From Paraphysomonas bandaiensis (lineage: Eukaryota > Protista > Chrysophyceae): DNA of 64,000 bases. Both the position numbers and the translations under genes were made by a program. Below, piece after piece: positions 1 through 12,549 of the stretch (within the stretch, counting starts at the first letter, position 1; every line of letters begins with the position of its first letter). Below the pieces are notes generated by a model. It was not told the DNA's origin and searched no databases. It saw only the letters and a program-made list of their open reading frames with translations. Where the stretch lies: the NCBI GenBank assembly GCA_965644295.1, contig CBFFRP010000423.1, positions 1 to 64,000 of the forward strand. The letters run 5' to 3'.

Positions 1-288
1 CTTCTACTATTAAATCTACTTATTAAATCTACTTTACTATCTATATTACTTTTTATTATAACAATATAAATAATATATAAAGTAATTAATTTTATTTAAG
101 AATATAAATAATATATAAAGTAATTATAACTTATTAATAATAAGTTATAAGTTAAACTCACAAAGAGAAGGAATTACAACCGAAGGTTGTAATTGGAAAC
201 ACTCGAAGAGAAGAAGCCCCTTGCAGGGGTTGGGGGTAGAAAAGAGGCCCGCCCTTGTCCCTCCCCTTGTTTTTTTCATATGTCATAT

Positions 289-1304
289 CAGGGCTGCGTA
301 TCAATTATTTGTCAATTAATTGACGCAGGTTGTAGTCAATTATAATTGCAATTATTACTTGCTGTTTCAATTTCAACTATTTCATACTAAACTACATTAG
401 CTGCCAATATAGCTACCTCAACTGTCTTTTCATTCCAGAGGCACGGTACATGCGTAAAAACATCAGTAACTCCAAATGCCGAGGAGTCATACTCTTGCGC
501 AAATCCGTCATAACAATCTTAGCTCTACTGAACAACCTTTCAATCTTATTGGTTGTGGCATGAAAGCGTTTCATGCTGCGGTAACGAGTTTGCTGGTTAA
601 GACGTGCTCGCTTCCGCTGTCTGCTATCATCAATCAAACGTTGCGCTGCGTCGTCATTCTCAACTAGACTCTCACTGCCATCATCTTCTTCATCCTCATC
701 GAGCAAAAATATTTTAATTTGATCCTTTTCCGTCCGAGTTAGTGCGGCTTCATTGCCTTTTCGAAAGCAGCGTTATGAATAATAGCGGCTTTGCTGCCCA
801 GATGACGCTCGACAATCGGGTGCCTAATGATGGGTTCGTCAAACAATATGCGAACGTCGTGGAGGTCGAGCTGGTGTTCACCTTCCTTCTGTAATTGTAG
901 GGACACTAGTCGAAAGAAATCCAATTCCTCCCGTAATTGCACGAGCTTAGCATGCTCCATTTCATTTGGTATTAGACTTAACACGTCGGAACCAAACTCG
1001 CATGATCGCAAATGATTAGATAGATGCAAGTAGCGGTCAAGCATTGAGAATGTGGAGCCCCACCTGGTATCTTGTTTCATTAATGCACAGAGAAGGCCTT
1101 TCTTACGGAGCTTACTAGCATTCTTCAGAGTTCGTAGCTTTCGGCACAAATCAGTCAAGTTGTCCACCAGGCCTGAATACCCATTGGACTAGCACAGCCT
1201 ATGAGGGGAACAGGTCTGCCAACTAAATTACCAATTAGACGTGCCAATTTCGGATTACAACTTGTAGTGTCACCCGATATGAACTCAATTGACACGCAGC
1301 CCTG
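289..1304 (-). mobile_element. Internally deleted hAT DNA transposon with a degenerate transposase C-terminal part
   Basis: TIRs CAGGGCTGCGTATCAATT (289-) and AATTGACACGCAGCCCTG (-1304). Flanks TGTCATAT (281-288) and TGTCGTAT (1305-1312) form an 8-bp TSD with a 7/8 match. ORF pieces at 739-1167 (DTRWGSTFSMLDR) and 413-706 (IERLFSRAK...LELLMFLR, hAT dimerisation-domain-like) are broken by a frameshift or stop. Confidence 0.9.
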
Positions 1305-1634
1305 TGTCGTATGCATGTCAACATCTTATTAAATGTAGTCGAGTGTATACTTTTGGGTAACACTGATTTGAGGAATCGTTCACATTTCACATGTAGTGGA
1401 AGTACTACATGACTCGTGCACCTCTACCCTGTAATTAAATATGTCAACCCCCTTTTTTTTCTTATTTTTGAGCTGCCTGAATTATTTTCTCCACATAACA
1501 ACGACATCAGCTTAATCTAAATCTGAATCGTCGCCATCACTATGCGTCAGAACGGAAATATACGACAGACTATATTCTAACATCATCTTTACAAATAAAA
1601 CTTGCAATAATGAGTTCAGTATAGATTGAATGTG

Positions 1635-2320
1635 AATATTTCAGAATTGAAAATATCTAAAACTAAAAATTCAAAATATTGTTATCAATTGTCAGTGGTA
1701 CCAACAAAAACAGCTCAGTGAAAGTAGGCACAATATCAAGCACAAGTGCTTAGAGTAAAAAAACAAACTATACAACAATATAGCTGCTGATTAATTATAT
1801 TACTATATTGCAACAGTATTGTTGGACCGGTAACAAAAGTATTGCAATAGTATAGTTGGGAATCTAGCTTACAGTACTATTGCAATATACCGTTCCCTTG
1901 CCCTGTCGTGCCATAGAAAAAATAAATATTCTCTTTTAATTCATGCGGGACGCATATGTAAAATGAAACGTTTAAAGAATAATATTTCAGAATTGAAAAT
2001 ATCTAAAACTAAAAATTCAAAATATTGTTATCAATTGTCAGTGGTACCAACAAATACAGCTCAGTGAAAGTAGGCACAATATCAAGCACAAGTGCTTAGA
2101 GTAAAAAACAAACTATACAACAATATAGCTGCTGATTAATTATATTACTATATTGCAACAGTATTGTTGGACCGGTAACAAAAGTATTGCAATAGTATAG
2201 TTGGGAATCTAGCTTACAGTACTATTGCAATATACCGTTCCCTTGCCCTGTCGTGCCATAGAAAAAATAAATATTCTCTTTTAATTCATGCGGGACGCAT
2301 ATGTAAAATGAAATGTTTAA
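1635..2320. repeat. Tandem duplication, 2 x ~346 bp, each copy carrying a hAT-like terminus
   Basis: 1635-1980 is repeated almost identically from 1981. Each copy contains TATTGCAATATACCGTTCCCTTGCCCTG (ending at 1905 and 2250), related to the TIR of the 50209-51009 element. Confidence 0.9.
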
Positions 2321-3187
2321 TGAAATTTCTCTGGAAACATTACAGGGGCAAGTTCAGATTTCAACATATTGACCAAAAAGAATGTTGTGGTTATCAACCC
2401 AATACGCCAAGAAAGACCCTTGAAAAGCCCCTTAGCCACTCCGTACTCCGCTGCCAAAGATCGAGCCGTATTTGGCACATTAGTGTATTTCTTCCGCTCC
2501 AAATCCCCCTGCATGCATGTTTTGATAGTATCCTATTTATAGAGATTAACACTTCTACGATGAAATAATACGAATACATACCATAGGATGTGTAACAGTT
2601 GCCGCAATAAAAGCAGTGACCAAAGAACCCGCTCCAAGGGCTATCGATTTATCAATCTCATAATTTTCAATTAGTGCCCTTTGTATAACTGGTGTTCCAC
2701 CAAGCATAGCCATTGTATATAGACTCTCACGCCCACAAGTCATTGTAGTGCCACGAACCATACCCTTAAACCCAAAATCTTTTACAATGCGTAAAGGAGT
2801 ACCGATAATACTCCCTCCAAATCTTTGTTGCTGAATCATAGTTAATTCATATAGACTGCAGGGTATACCACTGCATAATCCCCCTAAAAATGACGAAAAG
2901 ACTTCCATTTCACGGGAAAGTTTTCCGTTATTTCTTACTGCCAAAAGTTTTTGAAAAACGCCTGTAAACCAAAACTGAAACGCAGTTGTTCCACCTAAAT
3001 TCATCATTGCCATAGGTAATCCACGATATACTACAGTAGGATTGAATGATACTGTTAAGCCCTGTTGTACAGTGTTTTTCCAGTTCAGTAAAGGATAATT
3101 AATAAATTTACAACACATGCCCGCTGCCATGCCTAAGGCAAGGTTTTCAGTTGATGTTAATTGTTGTAGTTCGTTTTTACCACCCAT
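2317..3187 (-). CDS. Mitochondrial carrier family (SLC25) protein, 2 exons
   Basis: Likely ATG at 3187 (MGGKNEL). Carrier signature-like segments YPLLNWKN, SLYELTMIQQQ and HPM|DTIKTCMQ are seen, the last spanning a GT-AG intron at ~2533-2581. Confidence 0.85.
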
Positions 3188-3487
3188 GATGATGTGTGTT
3201 GATGTATGTGAGAGTTGTGGAGAAAGAATGATCACATCTATACACATACATGTACAGGCAGTACATTGATGGCTAACAAGAAGTACACATACGAAATATA
3301 TGGATAGACAGACACTGTCGTACATACCTACCTACTTCGTACCTACATACCTACATACCTACAGCAGTACATATATACATTGTACATCTACATATATATT
3401 GTAGTTGTACTGCTGTATATACTGCTCTATAGACTTATCTAGAAGTACGATCTGGACAACTCTAGAACTGCTGGACACTGTTTCGAA

Positions 3488-3635
3488 CGTATCCGCATCC
3501 TTCGTATATTTTTGTTCCAAAATGCCTCTAATATTGAGATAATAATTATGTGTATTCCAGCCGTAGTTGTCTTGCAGTAATATAGACGATTTTTGCTTCA
3601 ATTTGTTTTCGAAAACTAAGATGACTGCCGATACG
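3488..3635 (-). mobile_element. ~150-bp MITE-like repeat, copy 1
   Basis: Reverse complement of the 33623-33777 copy, with ends CGTATCCGCA...TGCCGATACG. Confidence 0.8.
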
Positions 3636-4768
3636 GAATGAGGATACGGGCCCATATATCTTGCATATGGCTGGGCTGGAGGGTATGATCACCATACTCT
3701 CATAAACATAATCTCATTTCTCATATCTCTTGATTGCATCTATCAAATCTAAGTTATATCTTACATGCATTTGTATTAATACACTGTCCTATTATCGATT
3801 CCATATAGAGATAACTGTGTATTATGCAGAGGAGTGTACAGCTGCTAGATATCATGGAACTGTATATGTATATAATCTAACGTCAATCCTGCTTATGCAG
3901 ATATGGAAGGCATAAGTTTAGTTTTATATTTACTTTATATCAAATTTAAACACCGCTTCATATGAAAGTATAACTGCATATGGTAAGTATTGTCATCACC
4001 GTTCATACACATATTTGTACATTACTCTTTGCTTATATTCTATATATATATGCTCTTGCTAAGTGTATTCTGCGCTCACTGTATATAAAGCCTTATTCTA
4101 ATTAATATCAGTAATAGTATTAATGTGTTCCTTTACAACATTCAACTTTCTACCAATAGATATTGTTAAAATATAAAGTCCTCACTACTTTTAATGGAAC
4201 TTATGGAACCAATACCAGTGATATCATACACGTACATATTATGTATATATGTATATCAGCCTGTGAGGCTACATTGCACACTTGCCTTCCTATATATCTA
4301 TACATACAGTGTGTTGAAACAACATATGAGAAAATTGTCACCGCCAGAGATCGTTGTATATTTGCGTAGCCCAGCTACCACGGAAGCAGCTATAAAATCG
4401 TTAGCTACATCTACGATAAAATGACACATGTATTTTTCTAGATTGTCCACGTGGTCTCATGTACCCTATCTTCTCATCTAATTAGTTTAACTTCTTTACA
4501 CCTCAAAAATAATTCACCATTATTACTACGAAATTAGCGTAAAAGATTTCCTTTACTTTTACTTTTCATGCTCTAGTTAACTTAGAGCATAACACAGCCG
4601 TGCAAGCTTTGTTATATCAAATAACAGTAATCTGTATCGTGTATCGTTTGCTACACAACGTACACACACTGCTTTAGGAAAATATCTTCCTCTTCTCCAA
4701 CATTGGAGAAAGATTAATAGGATACTATTTCAAAATAGTAATGAGACTTCAAAGTGTTGTAACCCAAG

Positions 4769-7046
4769 CTATGCCTTCCCGCCTGCTTTCGGCTTCGTAT
4801 TCCCTGTTGCCGGCTTCCCACCCGATGTCGCCTTGTTCCCGGCTGCTGGTTTACTTTCAGCAGGGCGCCTTACACGTATAGTGGCAAGGGTTTTGTCCAC
4901 TGCTACAATATCAGCCCCCAAATCACGCATTGTAATCAAGTGATGCATGGCAGTAGGCGTTATAGTAAAGCCTGGTAACAAAATGGGTATACCGGGCGGG
5001 TAACACTCAATAGTTTCATTAGATATCAGTCCAATTGCTGTTTCAGCAGGCACTGTCTCCGGTTTATACTTCTGTTTAACTGAAGTGGGGTCGATAGGAC
5101 AATTTTCATAAGGTGCAGGGAACACCTCATTGACGCTCTCATCCCTGGGAATGTCATTAATAGCACTACGTATTGCGTAGGCTGCTTTCATTGCTGCCTG
5201 TGGAGGGAGCTGAAATGTCGCTATTAGTGTAGCGCATCGACGCCCCACTTTTTCTACTTGAATAAAATTTTCTTCGAGATATTGCTTTACAGCATTACCA
5301 GAGAGACCATCAAACGCCACAACAAGTCTTGTAGGATCCAGCTGTAGATTAGGATATGCAGCAAGATGCTCCTGTGTTAAGAACTCTATGCCTTCATCTT
5401 CAGCAAGTTCCTCCTGTGTAAGTATCACTTTCTTAGATAGTGGCATCTATTTTGCGCAAAAAATACCTTGATGTCCGTTATAAGGCTACTTAAGTCATCC
5501 ACCAGCTCCGGTTCGGCCTTAAGTCGAATATACGCCGCATCCATGGAAGCAAAAATCGGAAAATTCGGACTAGTAGTTTCGACTTTGACATGAGCCTCCA
5601 TAAGAGAGTGATATTCAAATTTATCGCATCGTTTGAAAAGCAACACAGCGGAACCCTGGATTGCCCCACCATTTTTATGAGTAGATTCACAGACGATGTC
5701 CGCACCTGGAAGTCGTACACATCACAATTGTATCGCCACTATAAACACAAAGACCTCACCTAACTGCATGGCGGAGGGTGGGACGTTTGGTGTAGTTCCA
5801 AAGTGTGAACCCCAAGCTTGATCTACCCACATGATGGTCGATTTCCCTTGGTGTCGATGTGTGTGAACAACTTCGGCTGAATGGCAAGAGAGTTAGCAAA
5901 CGTGGAGAGAGCGGTTTAAGCACCGCTAATACTACAATTCTATGATTCCGATACACAGCAGCGTGCGTACTATTTAGTAGTATGGCATGTTTCCAAGTCA
6001 ACCATAGCAAATACGTCATATACCGACAAGGAAGTCGTGAATTTTCTAGATGCGTACCTATGCTAGCTATATCAGCGACAATACCCTCGTATGTCGGGGA
6101 AGAGATTAGAACTGCACAGGCAGCTGGTTGTCGTTTGAGCGCAGCCTTTACATCCGCTGCAGACGGAGGAATCATGGCATCAAATTTGTCCAACCAGCCA
6201 GGGTTATTAATAAAACATAGTTTGACGCCATACATATTAGCCGCGAAAATGATGCTATGATGACAATTCCGGGACACTAGAACAGGGCGACCCTTAAATT
6301 CAATAGCCAACATTTGCATAACCTAGATAAAGTCAATCAAAGTTAGAACTATCAGTATAAAGATTCAATGCACAAATCACTTATCTAATGTCGGTCAACA
6401 GGTGTAGTATATTTAGGGTTAACTTTTACCACCGAGTCATCACATGTACTCATTATTATACTCAATTACGAAGCTTTACCTTATGGTTGGAGGATGTTGT
6501 TCCACTGGAAGATAAAATAGCACAATCAGCAAATCTAGATATCGCTGCTCTTTTTGCAACATCACCAAGCAAACCCGTATTATTCAGATGAGAACCAAAC
6601 CCATTCATCGAAATAGAAAACTCTCCAGTTTTCACAGGTACATGAAGACCAGGGATAATACTAGGAGTTGCCCAGACATCTACTGAGGCACAAGCATCAA
6701 GTGCTTGTACAAAAGGGGAGGGGGCAAACTGAGGTGGCCGTGAGTGAACTCGTGGGGGTTTAGTGGGCTTAATTTTACGACTGGGCGGTACACAGATAGC
6801 ATCAAAAGCAGGAATAGGAATATCAACTTCACCGGTTGATGCATCTTCGGGAACAGCAGCAATACCAAGATGAGCAAAAGACTCCATTACTTGAGCATCG
6901 ACTCCTATGTCAGCTTTAATTGGGTCAGTAGCCATGTATATGGATCCTGAATCAAGTGCTGCTGTAGAGGTCGGTTCATTTATGTTATGAACCTTACTGT
7001 CCATTGAACACTGATCTGATGCAGGTAGTGAGGTGGCTTCGGACAT
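4769..7046 (-). CDS. Bacterial-type (fold type I) PLP-dependent Orn/Lys/Arg decarboxylase, ~5 exons
   Basis: The spliced reading gives SGTTSSN, SRNCHHS, SPTYEG, VDQAWGSHF, ESTHK (PLP lysine), TTSPNFPIFASMD and a C-terminal YPPGIPILLPG. GT-AG introns at ~6324-6480, ~5879-6057, ~5706-5759 and ~5414-5466. Confidence 0.88.
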
Positions 7047-7653
7047 TAGTTGAGAGATAATGAAGCAGTTTTGCTGTATATGTTGGGCAATGAGAGGTAA
7101 CTACGTAGCCTTGATATAATGCATAACATGGTGGCAGGTACATATACTGTGTACATGTACACACAGCAGTACGTACAGCAGAAATATATCCATCTTTTTG
7201 GGACTACTCTGTACACGAATCAGTCTATTCAGGAAATGACGTGTATCAGTATATCATCTTACAAACTGGCACTTTTTAAAAAAAAAAAGCTTTCGGTCAC
7301 AATTTCGTATAATTTCAACTAGATTTCCGATTTTTAGTGTTTTGGGATTGTGACCTGAAAAGTGGACACTGATATTCTTCACTCCCTCATCATATACAGA
7401 CATATAGTATAGTATGATAGTATGCCACTGACAGCAGGATTGAAGTGTATCTCAGTTCCCGAAGAACAGAAGTATAGTCTAGCTATGAAACACGTGAAAT
7501 GGATAGTAAGATATCCTCCATCTATCTCTATGAGGGTAACTAGACCTATATGAGTACTATATACTGAACACTACTACACTTCTACAGTCCTCTCTATATA
7601 CATACATAGACATACATATACAATCATACTATACATATACCCCTCTATTAATA

Positions 7654-9045
7654 ATGCAGGATCAATTAGATAACGATCTTAATAATATATTACAAAGATT
7701 AAATATAATTATGAAATCAGTGGGAGGTAATACACGTCACACATCCATTATAAGCGATCCGTTTCTTGATTTAAGACATAAAATGTCAAAGAAATTAAAA
7801 GAAGCTTATGAGGTATGCATATATATATATAATACATCTATATATGTATAATATGGAGAAGATATTAGATGAAATTCAATCATATTCTCGTTCAACGAAG
7901 CATATGACTATATCAATGACAAAGAAAAGCGAGTTGCGGGAGCTTATATCGGAATTGACAGTAGATTTAGAGAAACTACAAGCATGGCTTCGTACTGAGC
8001 AGAGTAAGAGGAAGGTATTATAAACGATATATCTCCTTCAGTTGTTGTTTCATCATCTTTCAGAGTAAATTCAGCGATGATGAACTGACTGGACGGGCTT
8101 TGGATATTACGAACATGGAGCACGACATACAAGCTATAAGAGACAGACAAAAAATAGGTACACTATTATAATTCCTAATACACGTATTAAATGGGAGCGT
8201 ATGCGCCATACAGGATATATTCGCATGCACGCCGGTTCTGGTCACGGAGCAATCGAAATGTCAACAAGTCGAGATTTAGCCATGCGTATACAAAGACCAA
8301 GTACAGCTGCAAGCAACACGAGTATTAGCTGTGGAGGTGCATTGAATACTACTCCTTTGACTGATGAGCAGAAGAGCCAGTTAAAGAGTATTCGACAGAG
8401 AGATGAAGATATGGTCGGTTCGATGCGTATCTTAATTTGAATTTTACGAACTGTAATAAATACGTCATACGTAATATTGTTGACAATTAGGGTGTACTCA
8501 TGGATGGTATTGAAGAAGGAGCCATGAATCTCAGATATGTTGCTATTGCACAGAATGAGGTAGTGTTCACTATGACACGCTTATATATCATTTACTGTGG
8601 GTAACCTTCGGTTTTAACACCTCTCTGTTAGTTGTCACTTACGGTGTTATTCAGGAAGTTAAACTGCATAGCATTATGTTAGATGAAGTTGGAGTAAATA
8701 TGGATAGTGCTCAGGATAAAGTTACCAATGTCAATCGACGGCTGCAAGTGACACTGAAAAAGGTACATTTATCACAGCTTGTGGTTTTCAATTGTAGCAT
8801 CGTGATGTGTACATGTGCTGCCTTGTATGTTAATTATGGGTTCTGATTAATTCTATGGAGCGTAATTGTTTGGGGATTCATCTAATTATCGTATGCGTGT
8901 GACTAGTTTCGAACAGCGGATAGACTATGCATTGTAAGTGTCAACGACTTATCCTGATTATGTTGACATGTTTGCGTAGGATATAGTATGTTTCCTGATA
9001 ACTGTTGGACTGCTAATGGTGCTTTATCAGATCACAAACGACTAG
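7654..9045 (+). CDS. Qc-SNARE / syntaxin (SYP7-like), multi-exon
   Basis: N-terminal helical region and SNARE heptads (IRQRDEDM...QNEEVKLHSIMLDEV...VNRRLQVTL), ending in a tail anchor (DIVCFLITVGLLMVLY) with TAG at 9043-9045. Several short introns. Confidence 0.75.
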
Positions 9046-9381
9046 GTAACTTAAAGCGTTAGTTAGTGAATCAGTGTTACTGACTAGAAGTGTGTCACGA
9101 ATGTATATAGCTTAATTCACTGTCACACGGTGGCCGAAGGATAACCCTAACTAACGAATATGTGTCAGTGGTCAGTGTACCTGCAATTAATATCTTTACA
9201 GGTTTAAGAATAGCCAGAATAAATAAAATTTGCAGTAATAATATTGCAGAATACAGCACAAGGTATCTATTTTCTGTTTCTAAAGTTTTCAACTCGTTCA
9301 CATTGTTGCCTTCCCCTAAATATACTTAAAACAGCTAAGTTTGCTTGGTACTTAGCTACACCATGCAGCTCATGGCGGATT

Positions 9382-9739
9382 GATCGACAGCTCGTCTAGA
9401 AGGCACAGTAGTAGGAGTGTGAGAGAGACCTCTCGTAGTCATTTAGTAGCGAGAATGTTGTGCAGTGATGAAATCATTATTGTATTATTGCAATAAATGA
9501 AACGGTTTTATCGTTTCTTTACGACTTCTAGTTCACTTCCAACACCAGACGTTATTGCGATCGACAGCTCGTCTAGAAGGCACAGTAGTAGGAGTGTGAG
9601 AGAGACCTCTCGTAGTCATTTAGTAGCGAGAATGTTGTGCAGTGATGAAATCATTATTGTATTATTGCAATAAATGAAACGGTTTTATCGTTTCTTTACG
9701 ACTTCTAGTTCACTTCCAACACCAGACGTTATTGCGATC
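9382..9739. repeat. Tandem duplication, 2 x 177 bp
   Basis: The unit starting GATCGACAGCTCGTCTAG at 9382 recurs at 9559 and looks identical. GATC sits at each junction. Confidence 0.9.
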
Positions 9740-10884
9740 AGTGTTAGGTGATTATACGTAACTATCATGCAAAGCTCATACACATTCCGTCCTGCATCCC
9801 TACACTTCCAAAACTTGATCTATACATATCCGGCCAAATAGAGTGTTCGGATGTGTGTGTTCAGCACTTTTTTCCTCACTTGGTAAAAAAAGTGTGGGGT
9901 AACGCGAGGAGTAACATTTCCTAATCTACCCTAAGAGATGACAATCATTCTACAGAATAATAGCAGCAGGGTCATCGATAGGTACTAACTCACTAGCATG
10001 TCGTCATTCTGTCGCAGCAACACCTTGAACGAAGTATTTCACCGCAACATTTTGCCACCGTAGTGCGTGTATTCCGATAAGATATTGAATACGTAGTGTG
10101 ATAGTAGACTAGTAGCAGTCTGAGGCCAGTATAGTGAGGTATTTAGCAGCCCTGAATTACTAACAGTAGATATACAGCATCTCAGAGTATATGTACACGT
10201 TATTCTTCACCAGTACAAGGATCAAGGATCAAGGATCAGTGCTGGCTGTAGCAGTGAGAAAGATCAATAGGATCGTTGCAGGGAGTGATTACTCATATAT
10301 ATGGATCGATAAGGATCAATTAAGATATACTGTGGAGCGTATACCACTGTATATGATAATCCCGAAGTTTGAAGATAATAATTCGCTTATGTTTTTGAAG
10401 TGGAAGTCGATTAAAAAGATATCGAATCATACGGGCATACCAAGCAAAGCCTATCTTGATTTCGTAGTACAGTGGGCGGTTATATATCAATCTATAGAGC
10501 ATCTGCAGAAATACTCACTTTCGGACGAAAAAGTACAAATTTTCTGTTGTATAATCCCTTTTTCATGTTGCATTTTTGGAAGTCCTCCACTGCAGTGCTT
10601 AACCCTGTATATGAGTGTGTGCTTCGTGGGAATTCCTACATATATATTCCTACACATGGAGCGACAAAAACATGGACACCACTACAACTAATATTTTCAG
10701 TTTGCCTCCATAAGATTCTGGAGAAGTATATGAGAACTACTTTAATTAATCTAAAACGGTTTCATTTTTTGTATTTAATAACAGCCCGTAGAGCTCTATT
10801 TATATATATAACATACATATATATATACGAGGTGCCATTAGACGCTGTTGGTTATAAGTATAGCTCATTGTACCTCACCAAACA

Positions 10885-12549
10885 ATGTCTGTCCTTCAGC
10901 ATTTTGAAGAGTATCAGCGTGCACGCGTCAAATTTGTGCAAGCTGTTGCTGAGGCGGCTACACGACCCCAAAATATTGAAGTGATGAATAATGCTGGCGT
11001 TATGCAGCTTCTTCGACCATTGTTGCTTGATAATGTATGAAACTGTATTTCATTGTTGTAGTTGTACTTATATTTTGTAGGTACCTAGCATACAACAAAC
11101 GGCTGCTCTTGCTCTCGGTCGTCTGGCGAACTATAGTGAGGATTTGGCTGAAGGTGTTGTGGGAAATGAAATTCTTCCGCAGCTCGTATATTCCCTCTCT
11201 GACCAAAATGTACGATATATTTTGTTAGTTTAGATGTAATATGACCTTTACTGTGTAGCGATTCTATAAAAAAGCAGCTGCGTTTGTTTTGCGTGCTGTA
11301 GCTAAGCATTCTCCGGATTTAGCACAAGCTGTTGTCGATTCCAACGCTCTTGAAACGCTTGTTCCATGTCTTGAAGAATTTGACCCCACTGTTAAGGAAG
11401 CTGCAGCATGGGCGATCGGGTATATTGCGCAACATACACCAGATTTGGCCCAACATGTTGTTGATGCCGGAGCCGTTCCTCTCATGGTGCTTTGCATCCA
11501 GGAACCTGAAATTACTCTCAAACGAATCGCCGCTTCTGCGATGAGCGATATATGCAAGCATTCGCCTGAGTTGGCTCAGGCTGTTGTAGATGCTGGAGCG
11601 GTCGCTTACTTGGCCCCTCTTATCCTTCACCCGGATGCGAAACTTAAGCGCCAAGTTTGTGGTGCTTTGTCCCATATTTCTAAACACTCTGTGGATCTTG
11701 CGGAGGTTGTTGTGGAGGCAGAAATCTTCCCTAATATTCTCAACTGTCTCAAGGATAGCGATGTTATGGTGCGAAAGAATGCAGCTATGTGTGTTCGTGA
11801 GGTGGCGAAGCACACACCAGAACTGGCGAAACTAATAGTTAATTCTGGTGGCGCAGCTGCTCTCGTTGATTATGTGAGTGAGTCACAAGGTAACAACAAA
11901 CTCCCTGGTATAATGGCTCTAGGATATATCTCTGCCTTCTCTGAGACCCTCGCTCTGGCCACTATTGTTTCTAAAGGAATTGCCCCCCTTAAAGACGCTT
12001 TGGTTTCGGAGCCCGAGGATCACATTAAGGCTGCTTGCGCGTGGACATTGGGGCAGATTGGCAGACACACACCAGACCACGCTCGTGCCATGGCAGAAGG
12101 TGATGTATTGCGACACCTGCTAGCGTGCATGGTCCACGAAGAGTCTTCAGAAGATCTTAAGACTAAAGCCAAGAGGGCGCTAAAAGCTATCTTATCAAAA
12201 TGTACACATCTTCAGGCTCTCCAGCCTCTACTCAGAGATTCACCAGTCAAAGTTCAAAAGTATGTGTTGCGCCAGTTCTCTCAGCTGCTACCCCACGATG
12301 TGGAAGCTAGACGGTCTTTTGTTCAGGTGATGCGTTGACTTGTTTTTGTACATCTGAGCTCATTGTGACTTATTGTAGAGTGGGGGCCTTCAATTCTTGC
12401 AAGAGCTCAACGAGACTGTTGGCGGGAAGTTGTCAGAATACATCGTTCTTATCAATAACTGCTACCCACCGGAAGTCGTGGAGTACTACAGCCCGAATTA
12501 CTCTAAGACTCTCCTTCAGAAGGTGGATGAGTACCAGCCATCTGCATAA
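10885..12549 (+). CDS. SPAG6: Axonemal central-pair armadillo-repeat protein PF16/SPAG6, 4 exons
   Basis: Starts MSVLQHFEEYQRARVKFVQAVAE. Contains CLEEFDPTVKEAAAWAIGYIA, EPEDHIKAACAWTLGQIGRH and CYPPEVVEYYSP. Introns at ~11035-11080, ~11209-11258 and ~12327-12378. Confidence 0.95.

Noticed and set aside
5447-5466. Apparent frameshift or 20-nt micro-intron in the decarboxylase
   Set aside because: A normal ~53-nt intron to the downstream ACACAG acceptor gives a sensible IK|EELAE junction.
6352-6443. Possible intronic C/D snoRNA (GTGATGA...CTGA on the minus strand)
   Set aside because: There is no terminal stem and no recognisable rRNA-antisense guide, so the boxes could be chance.
10191-10984. 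166-aa and 170-aa ORFs and short GGATCA repeats upstream of SPAG6
   Set aside because: No motifs and intergenic-like composition. The second ORF overlaps the true SPAG6 start in another frame.
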